In this document: one piece after another, positions 36,738 to 50,398 of the stretch
Position numbering within the stretch: the stretch's first letter is position 1
How the letters are laid out: each line of letters opens with the position of its first letter
Source of the DNA: Sphyrna mokarran
Lineage: Eukaryota
Direction of reading: 5' to 3'
Length of the DNA: 64,000 nucleotides
Assembly (NCBI GenBank): GCA_024679065.1
Contig: JAGIQG010000029.1
Span: forward strand, 19,034,001-19,098,000
Program-made: the position numbers and the translations under genes
Notes under the pieces: model-generated
Databases searched by the model: none
Told to the model about the DNA's origin: nothing
The model's input: the letters and a program-made list of their open reading frames with translations, nothing else

Positions 36738-37070
36738 AAATGACTAGAGCAAATGCAGTTGTGGCATTGGCCTGGGTAGGGATAGTGTGAGGCAGAGAAA
36801 ACATTTGTCGAAATGTAATTTTTAAATGGCATTTAAAGAACAGCAGTAATCCATTGCAAATGAACTTTGTCATAAATTGTCACATTTTTGCAACATTTTG
36901 GAATTTACATTTATAGCAATTTTTTGCAGCACAGACTCAGGCCATTCAGCCATCAAGTCTATACCAGCATGTTTGCTCCTTATTTCATTTCACTCTATCA
37001 GTACATCCTTCAATCCTATTCTTCATCACCTAACATCCCCTTAAACTGACCAAAGCTCATGTTGCCAATG
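36738..37070. repeat. Partial tandem copy of 35409-35720
   Basis: Shared 'aatgact(g/a)gagca', 'cacagactcaggccattcagcc' and 'atgtttgctccttatttcatttcactct'. Confidence 0.85.
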
Positions 37071-39169
37071 CTCTTGTAAGATACGGTACCTGAGAAAAGA
37101 GAGTTATGGTGGGAAATCTAAGGGGAGGGGAGAGGGAGGGGTGATCTTACTGGTTCATCACACCAGTGGCCTCAGGTCCGAACAACGGGGACCTGATAAT
37201 GATGGCCTTGCCTTTGGGGCCGGAGGCCATTGAAGCTTCCTGGGCGATCAGGACAGGGTATGGGAACTGTCAGCCTGGACCCTGGCAGTTCAAGCCTGGC
37301 ACCTTATATAAGTGTACACAGTACACTGGGAGATCAGGGCACAAGTGCAATGGTACCCCTACAGCTCAGCAGCCAGCTTTGAGATGTAAATAGGTTTTGC
37401 CCACTCCCACTAGTGAGAATTCCATTTTGCCTCATATGTTTCTAAGTGCCAAACGATTGTGTCTGGGAGCTCACCCAAAAGTGGATGTGATTCTCTCTTG
37501 TTTTCATACTCATTCAGCCCCCTCTAGCTCCACATGGACCTCCTGGAATGAAAGTTCGTTGTTCAGACTAAAATGGGAAATGCTGGTAAAACACCACCTA
37601 CTGGTAGGATGGAACTGTGTCAGCCAAGAGAAGATATCTCAATGTTATAAATTTCATTGGATAAAGTTCCCTTATCCGATTTCATTGACTAATATTATAA
37701 TTGTTGAAAAATTAGTGGCACCTTCAGGAAGTTAACATCATGAATTAAGGACTGATTTTACAGAGAATGATCCAATTTCAGTTTCTCTTCTGTGACTTGC
37801 TGTAGTTTTCTTCAGGATGAACTGAGATTGATATCCTAGTACCTTGTTTGAATTGTTGCTTATGAGCAGTGTGAGAGCTCTTTGCGAATAGAATATTTGC
37901 TTGTGTCGAACTTAGCTTAAGGTTGTTATGCTCAGAGTAACGCTAACAAAGAAATCTGCTGTTAAGTCATGAGTAAGTTTTCTCCCCTAACTTTTAAAAA
38001 CAATTTCACTTGGGTCACAAATACTTTGTGAGGGCAGAGAAAAGGGCTTTCAGAAAACAGCTGGTAAAAAAGGAAAATAGATTGAGGGTTATCTTTATTT
38101 TCTTGGGTGATGCTGGATTTGTGAGCTGTTTTGATAGAGAGCCTGGCCAGTTCGTCTGCACACAGATCTGGTGATGAATAGCTAAACCAGTTACTTACCT
38201 AATACAGTCATCTCCTTTAATATGCCTGAAGTTGTGGAGTATTCTTCACAACTAATGAGAATGAACGAAGAACAAAGAAAAGTACAGCACAGCACAAATG
38301 CAGTTGTTTTGAACAATACAATTGACCAGAAAAAACAGGCAAAGACTTGCATTGTCATGGACATTGTACCCCAGTTATAACAAAGAGCCCAGCCTTACTG
38401 TATACAGCAATTCAGGACATGGCCTGAAGCCTTTTCTTGCTTGTCAGATTTAGTTACTTTAACCTGACTGTAATAATCACGCTAAAGCCAGTTTTCTGCC
38501 ACAATCATGCTTCATTTACAATGTGCATAAAGTGCCATTTGACAGCTATAGCATACAAGTCAAGCCCCGGAGTCCTTCGACATTGCTGATCTGAGTGGAA
38601 CCTGTTGGTTTTAAAGCACCCCCCACATCCCCCTGCTGCTGCTCCTTCCATATTGGGTGAACTCCACCCGCCTAATAGAGGAACAGATTCTCTACAAGAT
38701 CTACAGGGAAATATATTGATTTCCCTGTGGCCACCATATCGTTTAATTTCTTGGTCCAGTGTTGTTGGTGATTATCTAACATTATACCAGGAACACTTTT
38801 AGAGCAAAAATTAAGTTATTACAATGATCCTCATTGAACTTTAATTCCATGTGATACCTAGGTAACAAATTGCTATAATATTTAACACAATTTAAGAATG
38901 GTGCTAAAAGTTAATTTGGGACTAGTGCCAATGCATTGATAGGAGGGTGCAAAAGAAGGACCCCAACTCTAACATCACAAAAGACACAGAATCTAATTTG
39001 GTGGTGGGAAATTGTTTTAATTTATAAAAAGGATCTGTGTACACTAAAATAGGAAATATAAGCAATAAGGGAATAAAGCTAAATTGAGGCCAAGTAAAGC
39101 TGTATAAGTAAACCAAAGTACAATAAATTTAATTTAAGGGAAGCAAATTGAAGCCATTGCAGGAAAGTT

Positions 39170-41470
39170 CAGTCTTGTGGAATGCATGTCTTGTACTATG
39201 TGGGAAGTTGCGGATGCTTCTGGTGTCCTTGACAACTATCTGTTCAAGAAATATCGGCAGCTGAATGGCAAGGTTGAGAGCTACGTGGATAGAATGTTCA
39301 GAAAGGTAATCACACCGCAGTTTAAGAACTTGCAGATAGAAAGGAAACAGGTGATTGCCAGGAAGTCCAAGAAAACTAGAAAGGCAGTTCAAGATTCCAC
39401 TGGAGTCCTGCTCACCAATCAGTTTCCAATTTGGTTTCCTCAGAAGAGTTCAGTCAGAGCCATTGGAGGGAAGGGGAGGGTGGGGAAGGGAGGTGGGGGT
39501 TGTGGGAGGGATGACAGACAAAGTGCAGACTAATAGTGATGAGGAAAGAGATAGGCATTTCTGTGACTATAGCCATGACTCCAGAGTGATATGTTAATTC
39601 TCTGGTATCAAGGTCAAGGATGTCACAAATCAGCTGTAAGACATTCTACTGGAAGGGGATGGACAGTTGGTTAGCGATGCAAAGCAATGCCAAAGGCATG
39701 GGTTTAATTCCCGTACCAGCTGACGTTGTTCACAAAGGTCCTGCCTTCTCAACCTTGCCCCTCACCTGAAGTGTGCTGATCTTCAGGTTAAATCACCACC
39801 AGTCAGCTCTTCCTATCAAATGGGGACAGCAGCTTGGTTGTGGGCTGGGACTGTAATGACTTTACCTTTTTATCCAAGATAGATTGGGAGGGCAATGAAA
39901 CCCTGAGGGCAAATTCAGAGCAGGAAAATGAAGATGAAAAGTTAATGAATAACTCATACAAGAGGAGCAAAGGTTAAAAAGTGGACAACGCAGGAATTTG
40001 GTAGATTAAAACGTATTTATGTAAATACGAAGAACATAATAAGTAAAGCTGATAAGCTGAGGGAACAGATAGATGCATAGCAGCATGATATCATCAGAAC
40101 TTTGCTTGAAGAGGGACAAAAATGGCAGCTCAACATTCCTGGTTACGTTTTCAGGAATGATAGAGAGGGAAATAAAAAGATGGAGTTGCAGCATTACTGG
40201 TGAAAAAATCAGTTACAAATGTGAAGAGGATTGACATATTAAATAAAGCATCAAGTGAGCCATATGGGCTAAAATCAAAAGTAAAAACGGCAGTCATACT
40301 GCTAAACATATACTATAGACCCCCAAATAGTGGATTGATTCAAAAGTTATAGGCAGATTCTCATTGAGTACTTTGTCTTTGACATCATTCAGGAAACAAA
40401 TTATTCAGACATTCTAGTTATTTCACATTCCTTCTCTTCATTAGATACACGGGCAGTACAATGGCACAGTGATTAGCATTGTTACCTCACAGCACCAGGG
40501 ACCCAAGTTCAATTCTCAGTTTAGATCACAGTCTGTCTGAAATCTGCACATTTCCCTGTGTCTGCATGGGTTTCCTTCAGGTGCTCCAGTTTACTCTCAT
40601 AGTCCAAAGGATGTGTTGGTTAGGTGCATTGGCTATGCTGAATTTTCCCTTTGTATACCCGAACAGGTGCCGGAGTGTGGCAACTAGGGATTTTCACTGT
40701 AACTTTATTGCAGTGTTTATGTTAACCTATTGTGACATTAATAAATAAACCAAGAAAGAACCATTAAGCATAGCGAAAGAGGAGGCACAGGGAGAGACTA
40801 GCATCCTTGAAGGTGGATAAATCACCAGGGCCAAATGAATTGTGTTCCAGGCTGGTGAAGAAAATCAGGGAAGAAATAACATACTCTGATAATTTTCCAA
40901 TCCATACTAGAGAGAGGTGCGGTCTCAGAGGACTGGAGAACTTTGTACTTTTGTTTATAAAAGGGTGCAAGGGGTAGGCCAGAAAATTTTAGGCTCATCA
41001 GTCCAACTTTGGAGATGGACAAATTATTGGAAACAATTCTGAGAAACAGATATATCTATCACTTTGAAAGGTATAGAGTGATCAGGGATAGTAGACACTG
41101 TTTGTTAGGAAAGATTGTGTCTTACTAACTTAATATAATTTTTTGACTAAGTAATGAGGAGGATTGAAAGGTAGGGGAATCTAAAACTAGAGGGCATAGG
41201 TTTAAAGTGCAAAGGAGGAGATACAAAAGTGTCCAGAGGGGCAATTTTTTTCACACAGAGGGAGGGGAATGTCTGGAACAAGCTGCCAGAGAAAGTAGTA
41301 GAGCGGGTACAATTTTATCTTTTAAAAAGCATTTAAATAGCTTCATGGGTACAATGGGATAAAGGGATATGGGCCAATGCAGGCAATTGGGATTAGTTTA
41401 GGGGTTTTAAAGAAAAGGGCGGTATGGACAAGTTTCCCTGCTGTAAACCTATATAACTCTACGACTCTAT
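39170..41470 (+). mobile_element. Highly decayed CR1 LINE pieces (ORF1 Zn-finger, endonuclease, RT, 3' end) with nested SINEs at 39660-39870 and 40450-40750
   Basis: 'ECMSCTMWEVADASGVLDNYL' resembles the CR1 ORF1 N-terminus; 'gataaatcaccagggcca' is DKSPGP-like; CR1 tail present. Confidence 0.7.
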
Positions 41471-41597
41471 GATACAGATTATTTTTCCCCCATATATTGA
41501 TGGAATTCACCAGCCTGCAAAAATTTTTAGCATTGATTTATATTTAATGTGCCCCGTTTTATGTTGCAAATTTTCCGAGGATGTGAAGGAAATAATG

Positions 41598-42262
41598 GCT
41601 GGAATTTTCTACTCCCACCAGTGGCAGAGTGCGCAGTGAGAAAGGAGACTATAAGGGGATGGGAAACAATTGGGTTCCTGATGGGAAGAAACAAAGATGG
41701 GATCATGGCAGAAAAATGGTGGGTCACATTCCTGTGGAAGGTCATTGGAAGTCCAATTAATATCTCATTTATAGAACTAAAGTTAGATTACAGATTAAGT
41801 CATTCTTTCATTTCCTGCAGTCTGCTCTTCTCTGCATAGTTGTGGCATTGAGCATCCTGGCAACCATTTTCCAGTCAGATGTGCTGGGTCATTTGGACCC
41901 CTTCCTACCATTCCTAGGAATGACAATGTCTCTCCTGTTCTTCACAGCCTGGAAGAAAGTCTTCAGTGAAGCATTGCTAAGCCTTGGTGCCTGCTGCTTC
42001 CTGGAAGACAAGTTAATGTTGCAGAGTCTTGGTGCAATGCATGAATGAATGTTCAGATGCCTTTTAAATATGGCGCCTGGACTTGCTGGGAGTGGGGGAG
42101 CAATGGGGCTGACTTCCTGCCTACCATGCCGAATGATTCAGCATTAAACCCCTGACTGCATAATTAATGAGGTCAGTAGTGCACGATTCAGCAAGCTCTC
42201 TGATCCCACTCTCTCCAGATTCACACTCACACCACCAGACTTAAGCCCAGATTGGAAAATCT
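41598..42262 (-). mobile_element. Non-autonomous PIF/Harbinger element with Myb/SANT-like pseudo-ORF
   Basis: Minus 41790-42000 'QQAPRLSNASLKTFFQAVKNRRDIVIPRNGRKGSK*PSTSDWKMVARMLNATTMQRRADCRK*KNDLI'; termini 'ggctggaattttc' and 'ggaaaatctcagc'. Confidence 0.7.
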
Positions 42263-42370
42263 CAGCAATGTATTTTACCTCATTGCAATGAAAACTTTGA
42301 CATGCAACAAGCAAAATCTGACCAATCCTAAATCTCATAAGGCGAAATATAATGAAACCCAAGGATATCA

Positions 42371-42500
42371 AGGGCAAAGTTTTCTCGTTCCATCCACCAT
42401 GGGAATCGTAGCAGATGAGGGGCGGACCATGGAAAGGTCTGTTGACCTCTGGTGGAATATTCCGGTCTTGGGGTGAGCTCAGCCAGAAAATCCCAACCCT
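42371..42500. mobile_element. Short MITE
   Basis: Homologous to 7494-7600 and 10510-10614; termini GGGCAAAGTTTTCT / AGAAAATCCCAACCC. Confidence 0.6.
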
Positions 42501-43299
42501 TATGTCTTTTTAAATATAATGCTTCCATAGTCAGATGGATTGGACATTCTAGCACATGAATCACCATAGACATCATCACTTGTTCTTCTGATATCTAGGT
42601 TACAGGACCACACGCCATGCATGTGCTGTGATGAACTTTGAACTGGAAGATGCACAATAAAAAAAAATTGTAATTTCTTTAAAAATACCTGTGGAATCTT
42701 TTTAAGAAAGTTTGAAACAGACTATTAAAAGTGTACATCAATTGTAAGGGAATCAATTGTAGTTCTTGCATGATAATAGATACTGGTCCATATGATCTGG
42801 TGACCATCGACTTGGAAGCAGTCCCAACGAGAAGGACATTAACATCTGAAAGTTATGTGGTTAGACACAAAAGAGCGTTGTATATTAAGGGAAGCTGCAA
42901 TAGAAAGGAGAATAAAAAAGTCAGATTTACAAGGAGTTGTGTGCATATAATGTGGTTAAACAGGACATAAAGCTGAAAACAGGATCAGAGCTGTGATTGT
43001 GAAGCAAATAATTTTACTGCTGCTGCTTCAGTTTTGCTGGACTGATTTGACGGTGCTTATTAAAGAGTTCAGATAAAGGATCCTCTGGGAAATCAGTGCC
43101 ATCAAGATTGGTGTGAACTTAGCTGAGGAGATACTGCAAGTGTTCAGGCAATGGGGACTTCAGATGGAATATGGCTGCTGGTGAATGCAACTTAAGGGCT
43201 GAATCAATTGAGTGGGAAGGTGAGAGATTCTCCATACCAGAAATTGAGTTAGAGAACTTTGTAATTCCACATTGTGCCTTGTGTCTATCTTCTGTGTTT

Positions 43300-43635
43300 T
43301 GTTTTATTCATTCATGGGACATGGGTGTTGCTGGCTGGCCATCATTTATTGCCCATCCGTAGTTTCCCTTGGCGGTCAGTTAAAAGTCAACCACACTGCT
43401 GTGGGTCTGGAGTCATATGTAGGTCAGACCAGGTAAAGACAGCAGATTTCCATCTCTAAAGGACAATAGTGAACTAGATGGGTTTTTATGATAATTGACA
43501 ATGCTTCCATGGTCATCAGTAGATGCTTAATTCCAGATATTTTTTATTGAATTCAAATTCCATCTGCCATGAATCCCAGAACATTAGCTGAGTTTCTGGA
43601 TTAATAGTTCAGTGATAACACTAGGCCATTGCCTA
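43300..43635 (-). mobile_element. tRNA-derived SINE, family A
   Basis: Reverse-complement homology to 196-545. Confidence 0.85.
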
Positions 43636-44539
43636 TAGCTCTTGGGGCTAAAGGGATTAAGGGGGACAGGTGGAGGTGGGATTGAGATATTGAATTTGAT
43701 GATCAACCTTGATCAAAAGGAATGGCAGAGCAGGTTTGAAAGGTTGAATGGTCTACTCCTGCTTCTATGTTTCTATAATTGCAGAGAGTGATGTGGGTGC
43801 TTGTCGCGGTGTAAGATACATCTTTTGTATTGGCTATTTAAAGTAAAGTTTATTTATTTGGAGTATCACTTCTCTGTTGATTCATGTTTAACTTGTGTTG
43901 GTTCTAAATCATATTAAAGAAAATGTTACAAAACATTAAGCTTTTCTCCACTTGCATATCATTTGATGAATTTGGTTTACGATTCTGCCACAGGAATCAT
44001 AACAACACACGCGCACATACTTTTGAAATATAACTTCTCAGTTCAGCTCAATAATTTTGTAACTCCGAGTAGAAATTTAATGCATCAATGCTTGAGCTAT
44101 TGCGCCACCTTGATTGCTGCATTGTAATCTCCACTATATCATATTTAGTGTAATGTTGTCAACTGAACATCACATAATCGAAGTTGCTGAACCATTCAAT
44201 AACACATTGGTTGCTCTTTCATCATAGAGGCCCCAACGTGATTGTATTGTTGTAACTAACTCCATTTCCAGTGCTGTATCTAAATCATTGAGAATATTAT
44301 CCAATACTCAATGAATACATTACAAGTGTGATGGGAAGGTGCACCCTTACTTTTGGAATTTTCAGCACTACTGCTGAAATTAAAGGAATTCATATCTATT
44401 CCAACGAAGATGATTTCTTTTACCTATTGGTAAAGGTAGAATTGTTAATATTCTAAGTTGATTTTTTGTTTAAAATTATCTAGCAAATCATTGGAAGAGA
44501 TACAGATGTTATCAATCTCATTGCAGAGCATGTTCTTTA

Positions 44540-44835
44540 AAATTTATTTATTAGTCACAAATCGGCTTATGTTAACACTGCAATGAAGTTATTGTGAAAA
44601 TCCCCTAGTCGTCATACTCCAACGCCTGTTCAGGTACACTGAGGGAGAATTTAGTATGGCCAAACCAGCACATCTTTTGGACTGTGAGAGGAAACCAGAG
44701 AACCTGGAGGACGTCCTTGCAGACACGGGGAAAACATGTAAACTCTGCACAGATAGTCACCCACACTGGGAATTGAACCCAGGTCCCTAGTACTGTGAGG
44801 CAGCAGTGTTAACCATTGTGCCATCGTGCCACCCC
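44540..44835 (-). mobile_element. HE1-like V-SINE, tail type 2
   Basis: Full length on the minus strand. Confidence 0.9.
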
Positions 44836-45455
44836 TTGAATGCTCCATAAAATCTTTTTTTATTCTGCAGTTCTTTTAACTTGCATCTTCCACAGGGACA
44901 GTTTGTTTTCTTCAAAAACATTTTTCAGCAGCTCTTACAAACTCCCCAGATACTTGACAACTGTGTAAAATACAGAGTGTGAGAAACAAATTCAGTATTC
45001 AGTGGATACATTAGAGGCTCTCAAAGCCTCTCGAAGATTAATGTTTTGAGGCAGATCTAGGAATGCTCCCTTTCTCCTTACAAAGTTCAGGGATGCTTTA
45101 TAGCAGGATGAGCAAAATCAGTTCATTGAAAAACAGAGAGAGGTTGAATCAATCGCTACAGCAGGCTCTGCACTGGTCTCTACAGTACACAAAGTACAGC
45201 TAATAAAAATATAATGTTGGAAGTTTGAACTCAAAGAAAGTGCTGAGAGTACACTACTGCTCTTGGTGCAACAATATAGTTTCACATTTTAGTACATGGA
45301 TACTTTGCCAAAACAAGACAGGAAATCTAGTTGTTTTTCACCTTTCTTACAGTGAAATGTGCTATAGTACACTGTCAACATCAGCTCATTATATTATCAT
45401 TATCACTATTCCCGCACACTATAGTATCAAACCTCTATCCATTTACCATATACAT

Positions 45456-47505
45456 GGAGCAGAATCCTACGACCTCATTGCGTCCATTTTGCTGCAGGCA
45501 AAAGCCATAAAATTAGGCGTGATGTGACTGGCAGGAATGATGCACGTTTTTGTCCCTTCCCATCTTACCAAGAAAAAAATAATTGGTGCAATCGGACCTC
45601 ACCCAAAAAGAATGAAATGTCAGTTTGCATTTTTTTTGCATTCATTACAATGTCATGAATCTTTTTCTCTCCCAATCATCCTAGCTCATCTGCCTGAAAC
45701 ACCTCGTTCACTGCAGCCAGATAGGTCAGGGAAACAGCTCATGTATTAAAGTCACATCCAGGCACTTGAGCAGAGAGGGTGCGCAAGGAGGTAAGTCTCT
45801 GCCTTCAAACTACTCCACACTGCTCAGTGGAGATTGTTTCATTGCAGCCATGTTGCATTCTGGGTTGGGGGCTGCGAGTGTGTGGTGGGCTACTTTTTGT
45901 TCATGGGGTCCATCTTTGGCCAGTGAGGACAGATCTGGCTCAGAACGCTGACCTTGGGTCTTAGGCTGACTTTGGGTCCGAGAGCAGGTAGCAGCAAGCA
46001 CAATTGCAGGTGGGGGAAAGGCTGGAAACTCTCTGAAGCGGCAGTGCTGCAGCCTCCAGACTTGTCAAGCAGCATTGTCTGTGGCAACTAGTGCATGGTG
46101 TGCGTATTTATGAATGTGAAACTGTGTTGCCATTCTATGGTCTGTGGGAAGGTATGCAGAGTGTATGATGCTAGGGGACTTTCAGAAGAGGCATGGCACT
46201 GTGTATTTCTTTGGGTCTATGGGAGAGCGGTTTGGGAGTATGTGCCGCTGGAGGTATGTGGGGGATGTAGGGAGTGTGTATTGCTGGGGGGCTGTGGGAG
46301 GTATAGAGAGTGTGTGCTGCTAGGGGGCAATGGGAGGTATGGAGAGTGTATGTTGCTGGGGTCTGTGGGAAATATGGAGAGTGTATGTTGCTGGGGGTCT
46401 GTGGGAGATATGGGGAGTGTGTGTTGCTGGGGGTCTGTGGGAGGTATGGGGAGTGTGTGTTGCTGGGGGTCTGTGGGAGATATGGGGAGTGTGTGTTGCT
46501 GGAAGTATGTGGGAGAGTATGGAAAGTGCATGTTGATGAGGGATTGTGTGGGGAATGGGGAGTGAGTGCTGCTGGTGGGCTGTGGAGGGTATAGGAAGTG
46601 TGTGTTGTTGATGGTCTGTGAGGGATGTGGGGAGTATATGTTGCTGAGGAGCTGTGGGGGAGGGCCATGGGGAGTGTGTGTTGCTGGACTGTGGAGTGAA
46701 CAGAGTTCTTTAACCTCTTTATCTGTCTCTCTCTTTCCCCAAATCCCATCCTGACCCCCTTCAGATTGACGAGATGGCTTTTGCAGTTGATCTTGCTGTT
46801 CTTCTGGTTGCTGCTGGAGGTGAGGAGAAGGAAGAGCAGGAACAGAAAGCCCAGACCTTATCACTCACAGTAAGAGAGTAGAGGGAGATGGCTGCTGGAG
46901 ACAGAATGTGGATGACATTCGCCCCAAAGTGGGGAGGGCAGGAGAAGAAGTGAGGGGAGATCCCAATAGTTCTGTGTGAGTGGAGCAAGTGTCAGACATG
47001 GCGTGCTGTCAACGGTTCTGGGACCAAAAGGAGGCACCTGTGCCCTTTGTTGAAGGATTTTGCACCTCGGGGAAGGGGTGGGAGGGGGATTGGTGGGATG
47101 GGGGGCACCCACTCCCAATGGCTGTGAAAGTGATGGACGCCTTAAACATTTATGCCATCGGGTCCGTCTGGATCGCCAGTGAAGATCTTTGTGGCATTTC
47201 ACAATCATCCATCCACAAGTGTGTGAAAGAGGTCACAATGCCCTATATGCCTGGGCTGGCCAGTATATTAAAGTTGCCCTAGACCAAGCCCAACAGGAAG
47301 CCTGGGCTGCAGAATTCATTGCTATGGAGGAGGTGGGGAGTGGGGGGAGGTGTTTATAGACAGTGTGCATGACTGTTTTATATTGAGGAGTTCGAAAGTC
47401 ATGCAGGTCTTTGAGGAGGATCCCACGGTTCAAGGATGGCTCGTAGGGGATATGTGGTACCTGCTTCGGACTTGGTTGATGACATCCGTGCAGATGCCTG
47501 AGATT
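45456..47505 (+). mobile_element. PIF/Harbinger transposon remnant with HARBI1-like transposase fragments
   Basis: 'GHPLPMAVKVMDALNIYAIGS...DLCGISQSSIHKCVKEVT' and 'SVHDCFILRSS...GWLVGDMWYLLRTWLMT'. Confidence 0.85.
46210..46695. repeat. 36-bp minisatellite (about 13 units) inside the Harbinger element
   Basis: Unit approximately GGGAGTGTGTGTTGCTGGGGGTCTGTGGGAGATATG; gives 12-aa periodic ORFs. Confidence 0.9.
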
Positions 47506-47519
47506 ACACTAAAGAAGAG

Positions 47520-48368
47520 AAGTTGTAGACAGTGCAGATGGGTGTTACAATTTGCAGAGGGACATAGATAAGCTGCAGAGCTGGGCTGAGAAATGGCAAA
47601 TGGAGTTTAATTTTGAAAAGTATGAGGTGATTCACTTTGGAAGGAGTTACAGGATTATACAATATTGGGCTAATGGAAAGACTCTTGGTAGTGTGGATGA
47701 GCAGAGTGATCTCGGTATACATATACATTGCTCTCTGAAAGTTGGCACCTAAGTTGATAGAGTTGTTAAGGTATGTTAGCTTTTATTAGTAGGATTGAGT
47801 TTCGGAGCCATGAGATCATGTTGCAGCTGTACAAAATTCTGGTGCAGCCACACTTGGAGTATTGCGTACAGTTCTGGTCGCCACATCATAAGAAAGATGT
47901 GGAAGTATTGAAAGGATGCAGAGAAGATATACAGGATGTTGCCTGGTATGGTGGGAAGATCTTATGAGGAAAGGTTGAGGGACTTGAGGTTGTTTTCGTT
48001 AGAGAGAAGAAGGTTAAGAAGTAACTTAATTGAGCATACAAGATGATCAGAGGATTAGATAGGGTGGACAGTGAGAACCGTTTTCCTCAGATGGTGATGG
48101 CTAACACGAGGGGACATAGCTTTAAATTGATTGATGATAAATATAGGACAGATGCCAGAGGTAGGTTCTTTACTCAGAAGGTAGTAACGGAGTGGAATGC
48201 CTGCAGCAGTAGTGAACTCGCCACTTTAAGGACATTCAAATGGTCATTGGATAGGCATATGGATAATATTGGAATAGTTTAGGTTCAAGGGTCATTAGAT
48301 TGATTCCACTGATTGGCACAACAACGAGGGCTGAAGGGCCTGTGCTGCGCTATAATGTTCTATGTTCC
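47520..48368 (+). mobile_element. CR1 LINE 3' fragment
   Basis: 'QRDIDKLQSWAEKWQMEFN', 'LVQPHLEYCVQFWSP'; tail 'aatgttctatgttc'. Confidence 0.9.
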
Positions 48369-48577
48369 ATTCACCCAAGTCGGGAATCAAATCCAGGTCC
48401 CTGGCACCGTGAGGCAGGAGTGCTAACCACTGTGCTAACTGTAAAAAGTCAAGATTTTTTACAATTGGATGGATTTGGAAGAAGAATTAGACTGGGAGAC
48501 TCTTAAGATGTAGAAGTCTCCAGGATTTAAAAAGGCATAGGTATTACTCCCTTATTCTACAGCTGATATTTCACATA

Positions 48578-50398
48578 GGTTATTTTCAAATTACCCAAGT
48601 TCTTTCTGGTTGTTGGAATAATAGACTTTTATTAGAAGCTAGTTTCAGTCATCTGATGGCAAGTTTCAATACCTTTCGTCATTTACCTAATAGGTTGGAG
48701 CCAGGGTGATTAATACACAATAGGAAATAATTGGTAACCCATTAACAGTCCAGTTACAATTAGTTCATTGGGAGACCTAATTTGATATTCCAATTAATGG
48801 TTCTGACATCTGTGGCAGCCTTTATTTATTAGGTCTCTGCTATTGAGCTGGTAAGGAGATGGTCGTAGGCATCTGAAGAACTCATTTGCATTTCAGAACA
48901 TTCCAGAGCATTTTTAGACTTGACTTAATCTTTCATCTGTGCAGAAATTACAAAAATCATCTGACATTTGGCAGACAAAATGGTTTGATGTCCATTATTA
49001 AAAGATGGAAAAGTTACAGAAAATTACATACTGAATGGAGCCCTTGATATATGTTATGTATAGGTCGTGCATTCACTGGGCATAATAGTATTGTATTAAA
49101 CCTTCATAACATGCCATGAAACCTTGAGCATAATGACATTACAAAAGGCAAAAGAACTTAAAACAGTGGCTTATTAGAGATAAGATTGTCAGTACATTTT
49201 TCGAGATGTGTGCGGTTTACTATAAATTGTTAAAAATGGGTTCAGAGTTTATCCAAAATGGATTGCACAGTTTGCTCACAATTTTTTGTAGTCAACTCTT
49301 TGCTAGAATTTTACTTAGTTTTGGGTTTGCAGATGTAGACATGTGCAAAGAACATACTAGTGATGGGAGAAGATTCCTTGCTGTTTTAGGAAAATCTCCA
49401 AAGGAAGTTCATCCTTTTGGCAGCTTTCACCAAGATTGCAGAGGAAGAGGAAATTAATAAGTAAAAGAGAAGCTGAACTGGCAGACAAGGTCTGCCGTTT
49501 TCCTGAGCTCCTATTGATGACTGTAGATGATAGTGTTGCATGAGGTGATTGTGAGAAAGATGTCATTCTATGCCTCTTCATAACACCATCTTCAAAGTAT
49601 GGCACTGCACATCACTGAATCTGGGCAACATTAAAAATGGACACTCAGTATATAAATTTCTGGAACCGTCCCCTTTTAAAAATGGACATTGAACCATTTT
49701 GGCTCCTTAATGTCAGGCAATATTTGTAATTTCTGCACATGAAAAATTCACTCAAGTCTAAAAATGCTCTGGAATGTTCTGAAGTGCAAACTGATTACAT
49801 AGGTACTATTTCCTTACCAGCCTAATGGTAGAGATGAAACAAATAAAATCCAGAAATTCAGCTAATGATCTGGGGACACGGGTTCGAATTCCACCATGGG
49901 GCAGATGGTGGAATTTGAATTCAATTTTTAAATATCTGGAATTAAGGGTCTGCTGATGACCATTGTTGATTGTAGGAAAAACCTATCTGGTTCACTTATT
50001 TCCTTGAGAGAAGGAAATCTGTCATCCTTATCTGATCTGACCTACACAGCAATTTGGTCGACCCTCAACTGTCCTCCAAAGGCAACTAGGATGGGCAAAA
50101 ATGCTGGCCAACCAGTGACACCCATGTCCCACGAATGAAAGAAATAAAATAAAAGCTGCCACAAGCATGGGAAGCATGAAGGTGGAATATCAAATAAAGT
50201 CTCCCAATGAGCTCATTGTAGCTGGAATGTTGATGGGATGCTAATCATTTCCTATTGTGTCTTAATCTCTCTGGCTCCAATTTATTATGTAAATAATGGA
50301 AGGCATTGAAACTTGTCATCATGTGACTGAAACTAGCTGCAAATAACAGATCTATTATTCCAGTAACCAGAGAGAACCCGGGCAATTCGGAAACACCC
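48578..50398. mobile_element. Old foldback / long-TIR non-autonomous DNA element; family A SINE inserted in the right arm (49848-50150)
   Basis: 48578-49037 is the diverged reverse complement of 49642-50398 once the SINE is removed. Confidence 0.8.

Noticed and set aside
46095-46864. Cys/Gly-rich repeat ORFs resembling keratin-associated proteins
   Set aside because: Translation of a 36-bp minisatellite within a transposon; open in several frames on both strands.
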